From: Escherichia phage ime09
Sequence record: NC_019503.1
Reading direction: 5' to 3' (one strand)
DNA: 64,000 bases
Position numbers and translations under genes: made by a program. Positions 19,926-37,667 of the stretch are shown piece after piece (positions within the stretch are counted from its first letter, which is position 1; the number at the start of each line of letters is the position of its first letter). The notes under the pieces are model-generated. The model worked only from the letters and a program-made list of their open reading frames with translations. It searched no databases and was not told where the DNA came from.

Positions 19926-20792
19926 ATGTTCATTCAAGAACCAAAGAAATTGATTGATACCGGCGAAATTGGTAACGCTTCTACTGGTGATATCTTATTC
20001 GACGGTGGTAATAAAATTAATAGTGATTTTAACGCAATTTATAATGCGTTTGGCGATCAACGTAAAATGGCAGTAGCAAATGGCACTGGAGCAGATGGCC
20101 AAATTATCCATGCTACTGGATATTATCAAAAACACTCTATTGCAGAGTACGCAACTCCAGTAAAAGTTGGCACTAGGCATGATATTGATACCTCTACTGT
20201 AGGTGTTAAAGTTATCATTGAAAGAGGCGAACTTGGCGACTGCGTTGAATTTATTAACTCAAATGGATCTATATCAGTTACTAATCCTTTAACAATTCAA
20301 GCCATTGATTCAATTAAAGGTGTTTCGGGTAATTTAGTAGTAACTAGCCCATATAGTAAAGTAACTTTACGTTGTATTTCATCTGATAATTCTACATCGG
20401 TTTGGAATTATTCTATTGAAAGCATGTTTGGACAAAAGGAATCACCAGCTGAAGGTACATGGAATATTTCTACATCCGGATCAGTTGATATTCCACTATT
20501 TCATCGTACTGAATATAACATGGCTAAATTGCTAGTTACATGTCAATCAGTAGATGGAAGAAAAATTAAAACAGCAGAAATAAATATTCTTGTGGATACT
20601 GTTAATTCAGAGGTCATTTCTTCTGAATATGCTGTCATGCGGGTTGGGAATGAAACCGAAGAAGACGAAATCGCTAATATTGCATTTAGTATTAAAGAAA
20701 ATTATGTAACGGCGACTATAAGTTCTTCAACTGTCGGTATGAGAGCAGCAGTTAAAGTTATCGCTACGCAGAAAATCGGGGTGGCTCAATAA
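19926..20792 (+). CDS. 9: gp9 baseplate wedge / long tail fibre socket
   Basis: 288 aa, TATAAATA late promoter upstream. Confidence 0.9.
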   Translation: MFIQEPKKLIDTGEIGNASTGDILFDGGNKINSDFNAIYNAFGDQRKMAVANGTGADGQIIHATGYYQKHSIAEYATPVKVGTRHDIDTSTVGVKVIIERGELGDCVEFINSNGSISVTNPLTIQAIDSIKGVSGNLVVTSPYSKVTLRCISSDNSTSVWNYSIESMFGQKESPAEGTWNISTSGSVDIPLFHRTEYNMAKLLVTCQSVDGRKIKTAEINILVDTVNSEVISSEYAVMRVGNETEEDEIANIAFSIKENYVTATISSSTVGMRAAVKVIATQKIGVAQ

Positions 20793-22600
20793 TGAAACAA
20801 AATATTAATATCGGTAATGTTGTTGATGATGGTACCGGTGACTACCTGCGTAAAGGTGGTATAAAAATAAATGAAAACTTTGATGAGCTTTATTACGAGC
20901 TTGGTGATGGAGATGTTCCATATTCAGCCGGTGCCTGGAAAACTTATGATGCTTCATCTGGTCAAACACTAAAAGCCGAATGGGGAAAATCATACGCTAT
21001 TAATACCTCTTCTGGAAGAGTAACTATAAATCTTCCAAAAGGAACTGTCAATGATTACAATAAGGTAATTAAAGCTAGAGACGTATTTGCTACATGGAAC
21101 GTCAACCCAGTTACACTAGTAGCTGCTTCCGGCGATACGATTAAAGGGTCTGCAGTACCAGTTGAAATTAATGTTCAATTCAGTGATTTGGAATTGGTGT
21201 ATTGCGCCCCAGGACGTTGGGAATATGTCAAAAATAAGCAAATTGACAAAATTACCAGTTCAGACATCAGTAATGTAGCTCGTAAAGAATTTTTAGTCGA
21301 AGTCCAAGGACAAACTGACTTTTTAGATGTTTTCCGTGGAACTAGTTATAACGTCAATAACATCAGAGTAAAACATCGTGGTAACGAATTGTATTACGGC
21401 GATGTATTTAGTGAAAACAGCGATTTTGGCTCTCCGGGCGAAAACGAAGGTGAATTAGTTCCTCTTGATGGATTTAATATTCGATTAAGACAGCCTTGTA
21501 ATATTGGTGATACTGTTCAAATTGAAACATTTATGGATGGCGTATCACAGTGGAGAAGTTCATATACAAGACGTCAAATTAGAGTGTTAGATTCAAAATT
21601 AACGTCAAAAACTTCTTTAGAAGGAAGCATTTACGTTACTGATTTATCAACAATGAAATCAATTCCGTTTTCAGCTTTTGGATTAATTCCAGGTGAACCT
21701 ATTAATCCTAATTCTCTTGAGGTCCGTTTTAATGGAATTTTACAAGAATTGGCTGGAACAGTTGGAATGCCATTATTTCATTGTGTTGGTGCCGATTCAG
21801 ATGATGAAGTAGAATGCTCTGTTTTAGGTGGAACTTGGGAACAGTCTCATACAGACTATTCAGTTGAAACTGATGAAAACGGCATACCAGAAACATTGCA
21901 CTTCGATAGAGTATTTGAACATGGCGACATTATCAATATCACCTGGTTTAATAATGATTTAGGTACATTATTAACAAAAGATGAGATTATTGATGAAACT
22001 GATAATCTCTATGTATCGCAAGGACCAGGAGTAGATATTTCCGGTGATGTAAATTTAACAGACTTCGATAAAATTGGTTGGCCAAATGTAGAAGCAGTTC
22101 AATCCTATCAACGTGAATTTAATGCTGTTTCAAATATCTTTGATACGATTTATCCTATTGGAACTATATATGAAAACGCTGTTAATCCAAATAACCCTGT
22201 TACATATATGGGATTCGGCTCATGGAAATTATTTGGGCAAGGAAAAGTTTTAGTTGGATGGAATGAAGATATTTCGGACCCTAACTTTGCTCTAAATAAC
22301 AACGATTTAGATTCGGGTGGAAATCCTTCACATACTGCAGGCGGAACAGGTGGTTCTACTTCTGTTACATTGGAAAATGCTAATCTTCCTGCAACTGAGA
22401 CAGATGAAGAAGTTCTAATAGTTGATGAAAATGGATCAGTCATTGTTGGTGGATGTCAATACGATCCAGATGAATCCGGTCCAGTTTACACGAAATACCG
22501 TGAAGCTAAAGCATCTACTAACTCTACTCACACTCCGCCAACATCAATAACTAACATTCAACCATATATTACAGTTTATCGTTGGATAAGGATTGCATAA
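20792..22600 (+). CDS. 10: gp10 baseplate wedge / short tail fibre attachment
   Basis: 602 aa, length/order as T4 gp10. Confidence 0.9.
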   Translation: MKQNINIGNVVDDGTGDYLRKGGIKINENFDELYYELGDGDVPYSAGAWKTYDASSGQTLKAEWGKSYAINTSSGRVTINLPKGTVNDYNKVIKARDVFATWNVNPVTLVAASGDTIKGSAVPVEINVQFSDLELVYCAPGRWEYVKNKQIDKITSSDISNVARKEFLVEVQGQTDFLDVFRGTSYNVNNIRVKHRGNELYYGDVFSENSDFGSPGENEGELVPLDGFNIRLRQPCNIGDTVQIETFMDGVSQWRSSYTRRQIRVLDSKLTSKTSLEGSIYVTDLSTMKSIPFSAFGLIPGEPINPNSLEVRFNGILQELAGTVGMPLFHCVGADSDDEVECSVLGGTWEQSHTDYSVETDENGIPETLHFDRVFEHGDIINITWFNNDLGTLLTKDEIIDETDNLYVSQGPGVDISGDVNLTDFDKIGWPNVEAVQSYQREFNAVSNIFDTIYPIGTIYENAVNPNNPVTYMGFGSWKLFGQGKVLVGWNEDISDPNFALNNNDLDSGGNPSHTAGGTGGSTSVTLENANLPATETDEEVLIVDENGSVIVGGCQYDPDESGPVYTKYREAKASTNSTHTPPTSITNIQPYITVYRWIRIA

Positions 22601-23259
22601 TGAGTTTACTTAATAATAAAGCGGGAGTTATTTCCCGCTTAGCCGATTTTCTTGGTTTTAGACCTAAAACTGGCGACATCGATGTAATGAATCGTCAATC
22701 AGTTGGGTCAGTGACAATTTCTCAACTAGCGAAAGGATTTTATGAACCAAACGTAGAATCAGCTATTAATGATGTTCATAATTTTTCTATAAAAGACGTT
22801 GGTACAATTATTACTAATAAAACTGGTGTTTCTCCTGAGGGTGTTTCTCAAACTGATTATTGGGCGTTTTCGGGAACTGTAACAGATGATTCGCTTCCTC
22901 CTGGTTCTCCTGTTACTGTATTAGTATTTGGTCTTCCAGTTTCAGCAACAACCGGAATGACAGCTATCGAGTTTGTTGCCAAAGTTCGTGTTGCGCTACA
23001 AGAAGCTATTGCGTCATTTACTGCTATCAATTCATATAAAGACCATCCAACAGATGGTAGTAAATTAGAAGTTACTTATTTAGATAATCAAAAACATGTA
23101 TTAAGCACATATTCTACATATGGAATAACTATTTCCCAAGAAATTATTTCAGAATCTAAGCCTGGATATGGCACATGGAATTTGCTTGGTGCACAAACTG
23201 TAACTTTAGATAATCAGCAAACTCCAATAGTACTTTATCATTTTGAGAGAACAGCATGA
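22600..23259 (+). CDS. 11: gp11 baseplate wedge protein (start at MSLLNNKAG..)
   Basis: ORF 22582-23259; ATG overlapping gene 10 stop gives 219 aa as in T4 gp11. Confidence 0.85.
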   Translation: MSLLNNKAGVISRLADFLGFRPKTGDIDVMNRQSVGSVTISQLAKGFYEPNVESAINDVHNFSIKDVGTIITNKTGVSPEGVSQTDYWAFSGTVTDDSLPPGSPVTVLVFGLPVSATTGMTAIEFVAKVRVALQEAIASFTAINSYKDHPTDGSKLEVTYLDNQKHVLSTYSTYGITISQEIISESKPGYGTWNLLGAQTVTLDNQQTPIVLYHFERTA

Positions 23260-24839
23260 GTAATAATACATATCAACACGTTTCTAATGAATCTCGCTAT
23301 GTAAAATTTGATCCAACTGGTACAAATTTTCCGGCAGAGATTACTGATGTTCAGGCTGCTATAGCAGCCATTTCTCCTGCTGGTGTAAATGGAGTTCCTG
23401 ATGCATCATCAACAACAAAGGGAATTTTATTTCTTGCCACTGAACAGGAAGTTATCGACGGAACTGATAATACCAAAGCAGTTACACCAGCAACGTTGGC
23501 AACAAGATTATCTTATCCAAACGCAACTGAAACTGTTTATGGATTAACAAGATATTCAACCAATGATGAAGCAATTGCCGGAGTTAATAATGAATCTTCT
23601 ATAACTCCTGCTAAATTTACTGTTGCCCTTAATAATGCCTTTGAAACTCGTGTTTCAACTGAATCATCAAATGGAGTTATTAAAATTTCATCTCTACCGC
23701 AAGCATTAGCTGGCGCAGATGATACTACTGCGATGACTCCATTAAAAACACAGCAGTTAGCTATTAAACTAATTGCGCAAATCGCTCCTTCTGAAACCAC
23801 AGCTACCGAATCAGACCAAGGTGTTGTTCAATTAGCGACAGTAGCTCAAGTTCGTCAAGGAACCTTAAGAGAAGGCTATGCAATTTCTCCTTATACGCTA
23901 ATGAATTCTACTGCTACTGAAGAATATAAAGGCGTAATTAAATTAGGAACACAATCAGAAGTTAACTCGAATAATGCTTCTGTTGCGGTTACTGGCGCAA
24001 CTCTTAATGGTCGTGGTTCTACAACGTCAATGAGAGGCGTAGTTAAATTAACTACAACCGCCGGCTCACAGAGTGGAGGTGATGCTTCAACGGCATTAGC
24101 TTGGAATGCTGACGTTATCCACCAAAGAGGTGGTCAAACGATTAATGGAACACTTCGCATTAATAATACGCTCACAATAGCTTCAGGCGGAGCAAATATT
24201 ACCGGAACAGTTAACATGACTGGTGGTTATATTCAGGGTAAGCGTGTTGTAACGCAGAATGAAATAGATAGAACTATTCCTGTCGGAGCTATTATGATGT
24301 GGGCGGCTGATAGCCTTCCTAGTGATGCTTGGCGCTTCTGTCATGGCGGAACTGTTTCAGCATCAGATTGTCCATTATATGCTTCTAGAATTGGAACAAG
24401 ATACGGCGGAAGCTCATCAAATCCTGGATTACCTGATATGCGTGGTCTTTTTGTTCGTGGCTCTGGTCGTGGCTCTCACTTAACAAATCCAAATGTTAAT
24501 GGTAATGACCAATTTGGTAAGCCTAGATTAGGTGTAGGTTGTACTGGTGGATATGTTGGCGAAGTGCAAAAACAGCAGATGTCTTATCATAAACACGCTG
24601 GCGGATTCGGTGAGCATGATGATTCTGGAGCATTCGGTAATACCCGTAGATCAAATTTTGTTGGTACACGTAAAGGACTTGACTGGGATAACCGTTCATA
24701 TTTCACCAATGACGGATATGAAATTGACCCAGCATCACAACGAAATTCCAAATATACACTAAATCGTCCTGAATTAATTGGAAATGAAACACGTCCATGG
24801 AACATTTCTTTAAACTACATAATTAAGGTAAAAGAATGA
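23256..24839 (+). CDS. 12: gp12 short tail fibre
   Basis: 527 aa, length/order as T4 gp12. Confidence 0.9.
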   Translation: MSNNTYQHVSNESRYVKFDPTGTNFPAEITDVQAAIAAISPAGVNGVPDASSTTKGILFLATEQEVIDGTDNTKAVTPATLATRLSYPNATETVYGLTRYSTNDEAIAGVNNESSITPAKFTVALNNAFETRVSTESSNGVIKISSLPQALAGADDTTAMTPLKTQQLAIKLIAQIAPSETTATESDQGVVQLATVAQVRQGTLREGYAISPYTLMNSTATEEYKGVIKLGTQSEVNSNNASVAVTGATLNGRGSTTSMRGVVKLTTTAGSQSGGDASTALAWNADVIHQRGGQTINGTLRINNTLTIASGGANITGTVNMTGGYIQGKRVVTQNEIDRTIPVGAIMMWAADSLPSDAWRFCHGGTVSASDCPLYASRIGTRYGGSSSNPGLPDMRGLFVRGSGRGSHLTNPNVNGNDQFGKPRLGVGCTGGYVGEVQKQQMSYHKHAGGFGEHDDSGAFGNTRRSNFVGTRKGLDWDNRSYFTNDGYEIDPASQRNSKYTLNRPELIGNETRPWNISLNYIIKVKE

Positions 24840-26299
24840 CAGATATTGTACTGAATGACTTACCATTCGTTGACGGCCCTCCTGCAGAGGGCCAGAGCCG
24901 CATTTCCTGGATTAAAAACGGCGAAGAAATATTAGGAGCTGACACGCAGTATGGAAGTGAAGGTTCAATGAATAGACCTACAGTTTCTGTACTAAGAAAT
25001 GTTGAAGTTCTTGATAAAAACATTGGAATACTTAAAACATCTTTAGAAACCGCAAATAGTGATATTAAAACAATTCAGGGCATCTTAGATGTATCTGGTG
25101 ATATTGAAGCTTTGGCCCAAATAAGTATCAATAAAAAGGATATTTCTGACCTTAAAACGCTAACCAGTGAACATACAGAAATATTAAATGGAACTAATAG
25201 TACAGTTGACAGCATTCTTGCTGATATTGGTCCATTTAACTCCGAGGCTAACTCTGTATACAGAACGATCAGAAATGATTTACTGTGGATAAAGCGTGAA
25301 CTTGGACAATACACAGGCCAAGATATTAATGGTCTTCCTGTTGTAGGAAATCCTAGCACAGGAATGAAGCATCGCATTATTAATAATACTGATGTCATCA
25401 CTTCACAGGGAATACGTTTAAGCGAATTAGAAACAAAATTTATTGAATCTGATGTAGGTTCTTTAACTATTGAAGTTGGTAATCTCCGTGAAGAGCTTGG
25501 ACCTAAACCACCGTCATTTTCACAAAACGTTTACAGCCGCTTAAATGAAATTGACACTAAACAGACAACAGTTGAGTCTGACATTAGCGCTATTAAGACC
25601 TCAATAGGATATCCAGGAAATAATTCGATTATTACGAGTGTTAATACAAACACTGATAATATTGCATCTATTAATTTAGAGCTAAATCAAAGTGGAGGTA
25701 TTAAACAGCGTTTAACCGTTATTGAAACTTCTATTGGTTCAGATGATATTCCTTCGAGTATTAAAGGCCAAATCAAAGATAATACAACTTCAATCGAAGC
25801 TCTAAATGGAATCGTTGGTGAAAACACTTCATCTGGTTTAAGAGCGAATGTTTCGTGGTTAAACCAAATTGTTGGAACTGATTCTAGCGGTGGACAACCT
25901 TCTCCTCCTGGGTCTCTTTTAAACCGAGTTTCTACAATTGAAACTTCTGTTTCAGGCTTGAATAACGATGTTCAAAACCTACAAGTAGAGATTGGTAATA
26001 ACAGCGCAGGAATTAAAGGGCAAGTTGTAGCGTTAAATACTTTAGTAAATGGAACTAATCCAAATGGTTCAACTGTCGAAGAACGTGGATTAACCAATTC
26101 AATAAAAGCTAACGAAACCAACATTGCATCAGTTACACAAGAAGTGAATACAGCCAAAGGTAGTATATCTTCTCTGCAAGGTGATGTTCAAGCTCTACAA
26201 GAAGCAGGTTATATTCCTGAAGCTCCAAAAGATGGTCAAGCTTACGTTCGTAAAGACGGCGAATGGGTATTACTTTCTACCTTTTTATCACCAGCATAA
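24836..26299 (+). CDS. wac: fibritin (whisker, neck fibre)
   Basis: 487 aa coiled-coil protein, length/order as T4 wac. Confidence 0.9.
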   Translation: MTDIVLNDLPFVDGPPAEGQSRISWIKNGEEILGADTQYGSEGSMNRPTVSVLRNVEVLDKNIGILKTSLETANSDIKTIQGILDVSGDIEALAQISINKKDISDLKTLTSEHTEILNGTNSTVDSILADIGPFNSEANSVYRTIRNDLLWIKRELGQYTGQDINGLPVVGNPSTGMKHRIINNTDVITSQGIRLSELETKFIESDVGSLTIEVGNLREELGPKPPSFSQNVYSRLNEIDTKQTTVESDISAIKTSIGYPGNNSIITSVNTNTDNIASINLELNQSGGIKQRLTVIETSIGSDDIPSSIKGQIKDNTTSIEALNGIVGENTSSGLRANVSWLNQIVGTDSSGGQPSPPGSLLNRVSTIETSVSGLNNDVQNLQVEIGNNSAGIKGQVVALNTLVNGTNPNGSTVEERGLTNSIKANETNIASVTQEVNTAKGSISSLQGDVQALQEAGYIPEAPKDGQAYVRKDGEWVLLSTFLSPA

Positions 26300-26331
26300 C
26301 ATGGGGCCGCAAGGCCCCAAAGGATTTTTAA

Positions 26332-28033
<1,702 letters not shown>

Positions 28034-28074
28034 TAAATATTATAAACTAATTAAAGCCCAGATTAGGAGAAATC

Positions 28075-31215
<3,141 letters not shown>

Positions 31216-31243
31216 TATTAAAGCATATTAAAGAGGATTAAAA

Positions 31244-33223
31244 ATGACTTTATTATCTCCGGGCATTGAGCTCAAAGAAACTACGGTTCAAAGCACCGTG
31301 GTTAATAACTCTACTGGTACAGCAGCTTTGGCCGGTAAATTCCAGTGGGGTCCTGCTTTTCAAATTAAACAGGTTACAAACGAAGTAGATTTAGTTAATA
31401 CTTTTGGTCAACCTACAGCTGAAACTGCTGACTATTTTATGTCTGCAATGAATTTCTTACAATACGGAAATGATTTGCGAGTTGTGCGTGCTGTCGATAG
31501 AGATACCGCTAAAAACTCATCTCCGATTGCCGGTAATATTGAATACACTATTTCTACCCCAGGTAGTAACTACGCGGTTGGAGATAAAATCACGGTTAAG
31601 TATGTTTCAGAAGACATTGAAACAGAATGTAAAGTTACCGAAGTAGATGCTGATGGAAAAATTAAGAAAATTAATATTCCTACCGCAAAAATTATCGCTA
31701 AAGCGAAAGAAGTAGGCGAATATCCAGCACTAGGTTCTAACTGGACCGCGGAAATTTCTTCGTCTTCCTCTGGTTTAGCTGCAGTAATAACTCTTGGAAA
31801 AATTATTACTGATTCTGGTATTTTATTAGCTGAAATTGAAAATGCCGAAGCTGCCATGACAGCTGTTGACTTTCAAGCAAATCTCGAAAAATATGGAATT
31901 CCAGGAGTAGTAGCTCTTTATCCAGGCGAGTTGGGCGATAAAATTGAAATTGAAATCGTATCTAAAGCTGATTACGCAAAAGGTGCTTCTGCATTACTTC
32001 CAATTTATCCAGGCGGCGGCACACGCGCATCTACTGCCAAAGCAGTGTTTGGATATGGACCACAAACTGATTCACAATACGCTATTATAGTTCGTCGCAA
32101 TGATGCTATTGTTCAAAGCGTTGTTCTTTCAACAAAGCGTGGTGAAAAAGATATTTACGATAGTAACATCTATATTGATGACTTTTTCGCAAAAGGTGGT
32201 TCAGAATATATTTTCGCAACTGCACAAAACTGGCCAGAAGGCTTCTCTGGAATTTTAACTCTGTCTGGTGGATTATCATCAAATGCTGAAGTAACAGCAG
32301 GAGATTTGATGGAAGCTTGGGACTTCTTTGCTGACCGCGAATCTGTTGATGTTCAGTTGTTTATTGCGGGTTCTTGCGCCGGCGAATCTTTAGAAACAGC
32401 ATCTACTGTCCAAAAACACGTCGTTTCAATTGGTGATGCTCGCCAAGATTGCTTAGTATTGTGCTCACCGCCGCGCGAAACTGTAGTTGGAATTCCTGTA
32501 ACTCGTGCTGTTGATAACTTAGTCAATTGGAGAACTGCAGCAGGTTCATACACTGATAACAACTTTAATATCAGTTCAACCTATGCAGCAATCGATGGTA
32601 ACTACAAGTATCAGTATGACAAATATAATGATGTGAATCGTTGGGTTCCATTAGCAGCTGATATTGCTGGTTTGTGTGCAAGAACTGATAACGTTTCTCA
32701 GACTTGGATGTCTCCAGCTGGTTATAATCGTGGTCAGATTCTTAACGTTATTAAACTTGCTATTGAAACTCGCCAGGCGCAGCGCGACCGTTTATACCAA
32801 GAAGCTATCAACCCAGTAACTGGTACAGGTGGTGATGGTTACGTATTGTATGGTGATAAAACAGCTACTTCTGTTCCTTCTCCATTTGATCGTATTAACG
32901 TTCGTCGTCTGTTTAATATGTTGAAAACGAATATCGGACGTAGTTCAAAATATCGTTTGTTCGAATTAAACAACGCGTTTACTCGTTCATCGTTCCGCAC
33001 AGAAACTTCCCAGTACTTACAGGGAATTAAAGCTCTCGGTGGAATTTATGAATATCGTGTAGTTTGCGATACAACAAATAACACTCCGTCAGTAATTGAT
33101 AGAAATGAGTTTGTTGCAACATTCTACATTCAACCGGCTAGAAGCATTAACTACATTACCTTAAACTTCGTAGCAACTGCTACTGGTGCAGATTTCGATG
33201 AGTTAACTGGTCTTGCAGGTTAA
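31244..33223 (+). CDS. 18: tail sheath protein
   Basis: 659 aa, TATAAATA late promoter at 31208-31215. Confidence 0.95.
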   Translation: MTLLSPGIELKETTVQSTVVNNSTGTAALAGKFQWGPAFQIKQVTNEVDLVNTFGQPTAETADYFMSAMNFLQYGNDLRVVRAVDRDTAKNSSPIAGNIEYTISTPGSNYAVGDKITVKYVSEDIETECKVTEVDADGKIKKINIPTAKIIAKAKEVGEYPALGSNWTAEISSSSSGLAAVITLGKIITDSGILLAEIENAEAAMTAVDFQANLEKYGIPGVVALYPGELGDKIEIEIVSKADYAKGASALLPIYPGGGTRASTAKAVFGYGPQTDSQYAIIVRRNDAIVQSVVLSTKRGEKDIYDSNIYIDDFFAKGGSEYIFATAQNWPEGFSGILTLSGGLSSNAEVTAGDLMEAWDFFADRESVDVQLFIAGSCAGESLETASTVQKHVVSIGDARQDCLVLCSPPRETVVGIPVTRAVDNLVNWRTAAGSYTDNNFNISSTYAAIDGNYKYQYDKYNDVNRWVPLAADIAGLCARTDNVSQTWMSPAGYNRGQILNVIKLAIETRQAQRDRLYQEAINPVTGTGGDGYVLYGDKTATSVPSPFDRINVRRLFNMLKTNIGRSSKYRLFELNNAFTRSSFRTETSQYLQGIKALGGIYEYRVVCDTTNNTPSVIDRNEFVATFYIQPARSINYITLNFVATATGADFDELTGLAG

Positions 33224-33258
33224 TACGGTGCATTCTAAAGGCCTGTTTCGGCAGGCCA

Positions 33259-33266
33259 TATAAATA
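33259..33266 (+). promoter_or_regulatory. late promoter box TATAAATA (gene 19, distal)
   Basis: Exact TATAAATA immediately after the gene 18 hairpin. Confidence 0.5.
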
Positions 33267-33317
33267 CACTATATCCTTAATTCTTTAATTCTATATGCCC
33301 TAGGTTAAACATAGGGA

Positions 33318-33325
33318 TATAAATA
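33318..33325 (+). promoter_or_regulatory. late promoter box TATAAATA (gene 19, proximal)
   Basis: Exact TATAAATA 15 nt upstream of ATG. Confidence 0.55.
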
Positions 33326-33339
33326 CTACAGAGGCTAAT

Positions 33340-33831
33340 ATGTTTGTAGATGATGTAACACGAGCGTTTGAATCTGGTGATTTTGCTCGACCTAACTTAT
33401 TCCAAGTAGAAATTTCTTATCTTGGACAAAATTTTACGTTTCAATGCAAAGCCACTGCTTTACCAGCTGGTATTGTAGAAAAAATTCCAGTAGGATTTAT
33501 GAACCGTAAAATTAACGTAGCAGGCGATCGTACATTCGATGACTGGACTGTTACAGTAATGAACGATGAGGCACATGATGCTCGTCAGAAGTTTGTTGAT
33601 TGGCAAAGCATTGCTGCTGGGCAAGGGAACGAAATTACTGGTGGAAAACCAGCAGAGTATAAAAAGAGCGCTGTTGTTCGCCAATATGCTCGTGACGCTA
33701 AAACTGTAACAAAAGAAGTCGAAATTAAAGGTCTGTGGCCTACTAACGTGGGTGAACTTCAATTAGATTGGGATTCAAACAATGAAATCCAAACCTTTGA
33801 AGTAACTCTTGCTCTCGATTATTGGGAATAA
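33340..33831 (+). CDS. 19: tail tube protein
   Basis: 163 aa, two TATAAATA late promoters upstream. Confidence 0.9.
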   Translation: MFVDDVTRAFESGDFARPNLFQVEISYLGQNFTFQCKATALPAGIVEKIPVGFMNRKINVAGDRTFDDWTVTVMNDEAHDARQKFVDWQSIAAGQGNEITGGKPAEYKKSAVVRQYARDAKTVTKEVEIKGLWPTNVGELQLDWDSNNEIQTFEVTLALDYWE

Positions 33832-33863
33832 AATGAATGGGGAGAAATCCCCATCCTGCTTAA

Positions 33864-35488
<1,625 letters not shown>

Positions 35489-35489
<1 letters not shown>

Positions 35490-35746
35490 TGGAAGGTTTA
35501 ATTGAAGCTATTAAATCAAACGACCTCGTAGCCGCTCGTAAATTCTTTGCTGAAGCCATGGCTGCAAGAACGATTGATTTAATTAAAGAAGAAAAAATCG
35601 CTATCGCTCGTAATTTCTTAATCGAAGGTGAAGAACCTGATGATGAGGATGATGACGAAGACGAGGACGACGAAGATAGCGATGATAAAGACGACAAAAA
35701 AGACAAAGACTCTGACGAAGATGACGAAGACGAGGATGATGAATAA
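35489..35746 (+). CDS. 67: gp67 prohead core protein with poly-acidic C-terminus
   Basis: 85 aa; C-terminal run of D/E encoded by GAT/GAA/GAC/GAG repeats. Confidence 0.85.
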
Positions 35747-36171
35747 TGCTTCTAATCCCTGAAACTCATGAATTAGTTCTCGAGAATGTCGAAGCACTTA
35801 TTCCTGAAGCACAGGGTCGCTTTGACGAATTGTCTTCTGCTTTAAATAAAGACGATATAAATACAATTGTCGAGAATATGCTTGATGATGAAACTGATTT
35901 AGCGATTGCATTAGCTTCTATTAATGAAGATATGCCGCTAAATGAATTCATCGTTAAACATGTTTCTGCTCGTGGTGAAATTACACGTACCAAAGACCGT
36001 AAAACGCGTGAACGTAATGCATTTCAAACCACCGGGCTGTCTAAAGCAAAACGTAGACAAATCGCTCGCAAAGCTACCAAAACGAAGATTGCCAATCCAG
36101 CAGGTCAATCTCGTGCTCAGCGTAAGCGTAAAAAAGCTCTTAAACGCCGTAAAGCATTAGGATTAAGCTAA
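35746..36171 (+). CDS. 68: gp68 prohead core protein
   Basis: 141 aa, between 67 and 21. Confidence 0.85.
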   Translation: MLLIPETHELVLENVEALIPEAQGRFDELSSALNKDDINTIVENMLDDETDLAIALASINEDMPLNEFIVKHVSARGEITRTKDRKTRERNAFQTTGLSKAKRRQIARKATKTKIANPAGQSRAQRKRKKALKRRKALGLS

Positions 36172-36809
36172 TGAATGAACCCCAATTACTAATTGAAACT
36201 TGGGGTCAACCTGGCGAAATTATTGATGGTGTGCCAATGCTTGAATCTCATGATGGAAAAGACCTCGGTTTAAAACCTGGTTTATACATCGAAGGAATAT
36301 TCATGCAAGCGGAAGTCGTCAATAGAAATAAACGTCTTTATCCAAAACGCATATTAGAAAAAGCGGTAAAAGACTATATCAATGAGCAAGTTTTAACTAA
36401 ACAAGCTCTCGGAGAATTAAATCATCCTCCACGCGCTAATGTTGACCCGATGCAAGCCGCTATCATTATAGAAGATATGTGGTGGAAAGGAAATGACGTA
36501 TACGGACGAGCTCGTGTTATTGAAGGTGACCATGGTCCTGGAGATAAATTAGCAGCTAATATTCGTGCCGGATGGATTCCAGGAGTTTCTTCTCGTGGAT
36601 TAGGTTCATTGACTGACACAAATAAAGGTTATCGTATCGTAAACGAAGGATTCAAATTAACTGTAGGTGTTGATGCAGTATGGGGTCCAAGTGCTCCAGA
36701 TGCATGGGTAACTCCTAAGGAAATTACCGAATCACAGACGGCGGAAGCCGATACAAGTGCCGATGACGCCTATATGGCTCTCGCAGAGGCCATGAAAAAA
36801 GCGTTATAA
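36171..36809 (+). CDS. 21: prohead core protease
   Basis: 212 aa, order as T4 gp21. Confidence 0.9.
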   Translation: MNEPQLLIETWGQPGEIIDGVPMLESHDGKDLGLKPGLYIEGIFMQAEVVNRNKRLYPKRILEKAVKDYINEQVLTKQALGELNHPPRANVDPMQAAIIIEDMWWKGNDVYGRARVIEGDHGPGDKLAANIRAGWIPGVSSRGLGSLTDTNKGYRIVNEGFKLTVGVDAVWGPSAPDAWVTPKEITESQTAEADTSADDAYMALAEAMKKAL

Positions 36810-36839
36810 ATATTATTATCTAAACAACAGGACTACAAA

Positions 36840-37649
36840 ATGCTTAAAGAACAACTGATTGCTGAAGCGCAAAAAATTGATGCTTCCGTTGCTCTTGATA
36901 GTATTTTCGAATCAGTTAATATTTCTCCGGAAGCAAAAGAAACTTTCGGCACTGTATTCGAAGCTACCGTCAAGCAGCACGCCGTTAAATTAGCTGAATC
37001 TCATATCGCTAAAATTGCTGAAAAAGCAGAAGAAGAAGTAGAAAAAAATAAAGAAGAAGCCGAAGAAAAAGCTGAGAAGAAAATCGCTGAGCAAGCTTCT
37101 AAATTCATCGACCATCTTGCAAAAGAATGGCTCGCTGAAAATAAATTAGCAGTTGATAAAGGCATCAAAGCCGAACTGTTTGAATCCATGCTTGGTGGAT
37201 TAAAAGAGCTCTTTGTTGAACACAACGTTGTTGTTCCAGAAGAATCAGTTGATGTTGTAGCTGAAATGGAAGAAGAGCTGCAAGAACATAAAGAAGAATC
37301 AGCTCGTCTGTTCGAAGAACTCAATAAGCGTGACGCATATATCAATTATGTGCAGCGTGAAGTGGCATTGAGCGAAAGTACTAAAGATCTGACTGAGTCT
37401 CAAAAAGAAAAAGTCTCTGCTCTGGTCGAAGGTATGGATTATTCAGATGAATTCTCAAGTAAATTGAGTGCCATCGTAGAAATGGTGAAGAAGTCTAATA
37501 AAGATGAAAGCACTATTACTGAGGGTATAAATACTCCTGATACTGAAGCAGCCGGACTGAATTTCGTCACTGAAGCTGTAGAAGATAAAGCTGCACCTGG
37601 TGCAGAAGATATTGTAAGTGTATATGCGAAAGTCGCATCTCGTTTCTAA
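36840..37649 (+). CDS. 22: prohead core scaffold protein
   Basis: 269 aa, acidic coiled-coil. Confidence 0.9.
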   Translation: MLKEQLIAEAQKIDASVALDSIFESVNISPEAKETFGTVFEATVKQHAVKLAESHIAKIAEKAEEEVEKNKEEAEEKAEKKIAEQASKFIDHLAKEWLAENKLAVDKGIKAELFESMLGGLKELFVEHNVVVPEESVDVVAEMEEELQEHKEESARLFEELNKRDAYINYVQREVALSESTKDLTESQKEKVSALVEGMDYSDEFSSKLSAIVEMVKKSNKDESTITEGINTPDTEAAGLNFVTEAVEDKAAPGAEDIVSVYAKVASRF

Positions 37650-37667
37650 TTTTAAAGGTTAACACAA

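Noticed and set aside
37001-37345. 114-aa minus-strand Ser-rich ORF
   Set aside because: Antisense to the Glu/Lys-rich gene 22 scaffold; mirror image of its low-complexity composition.
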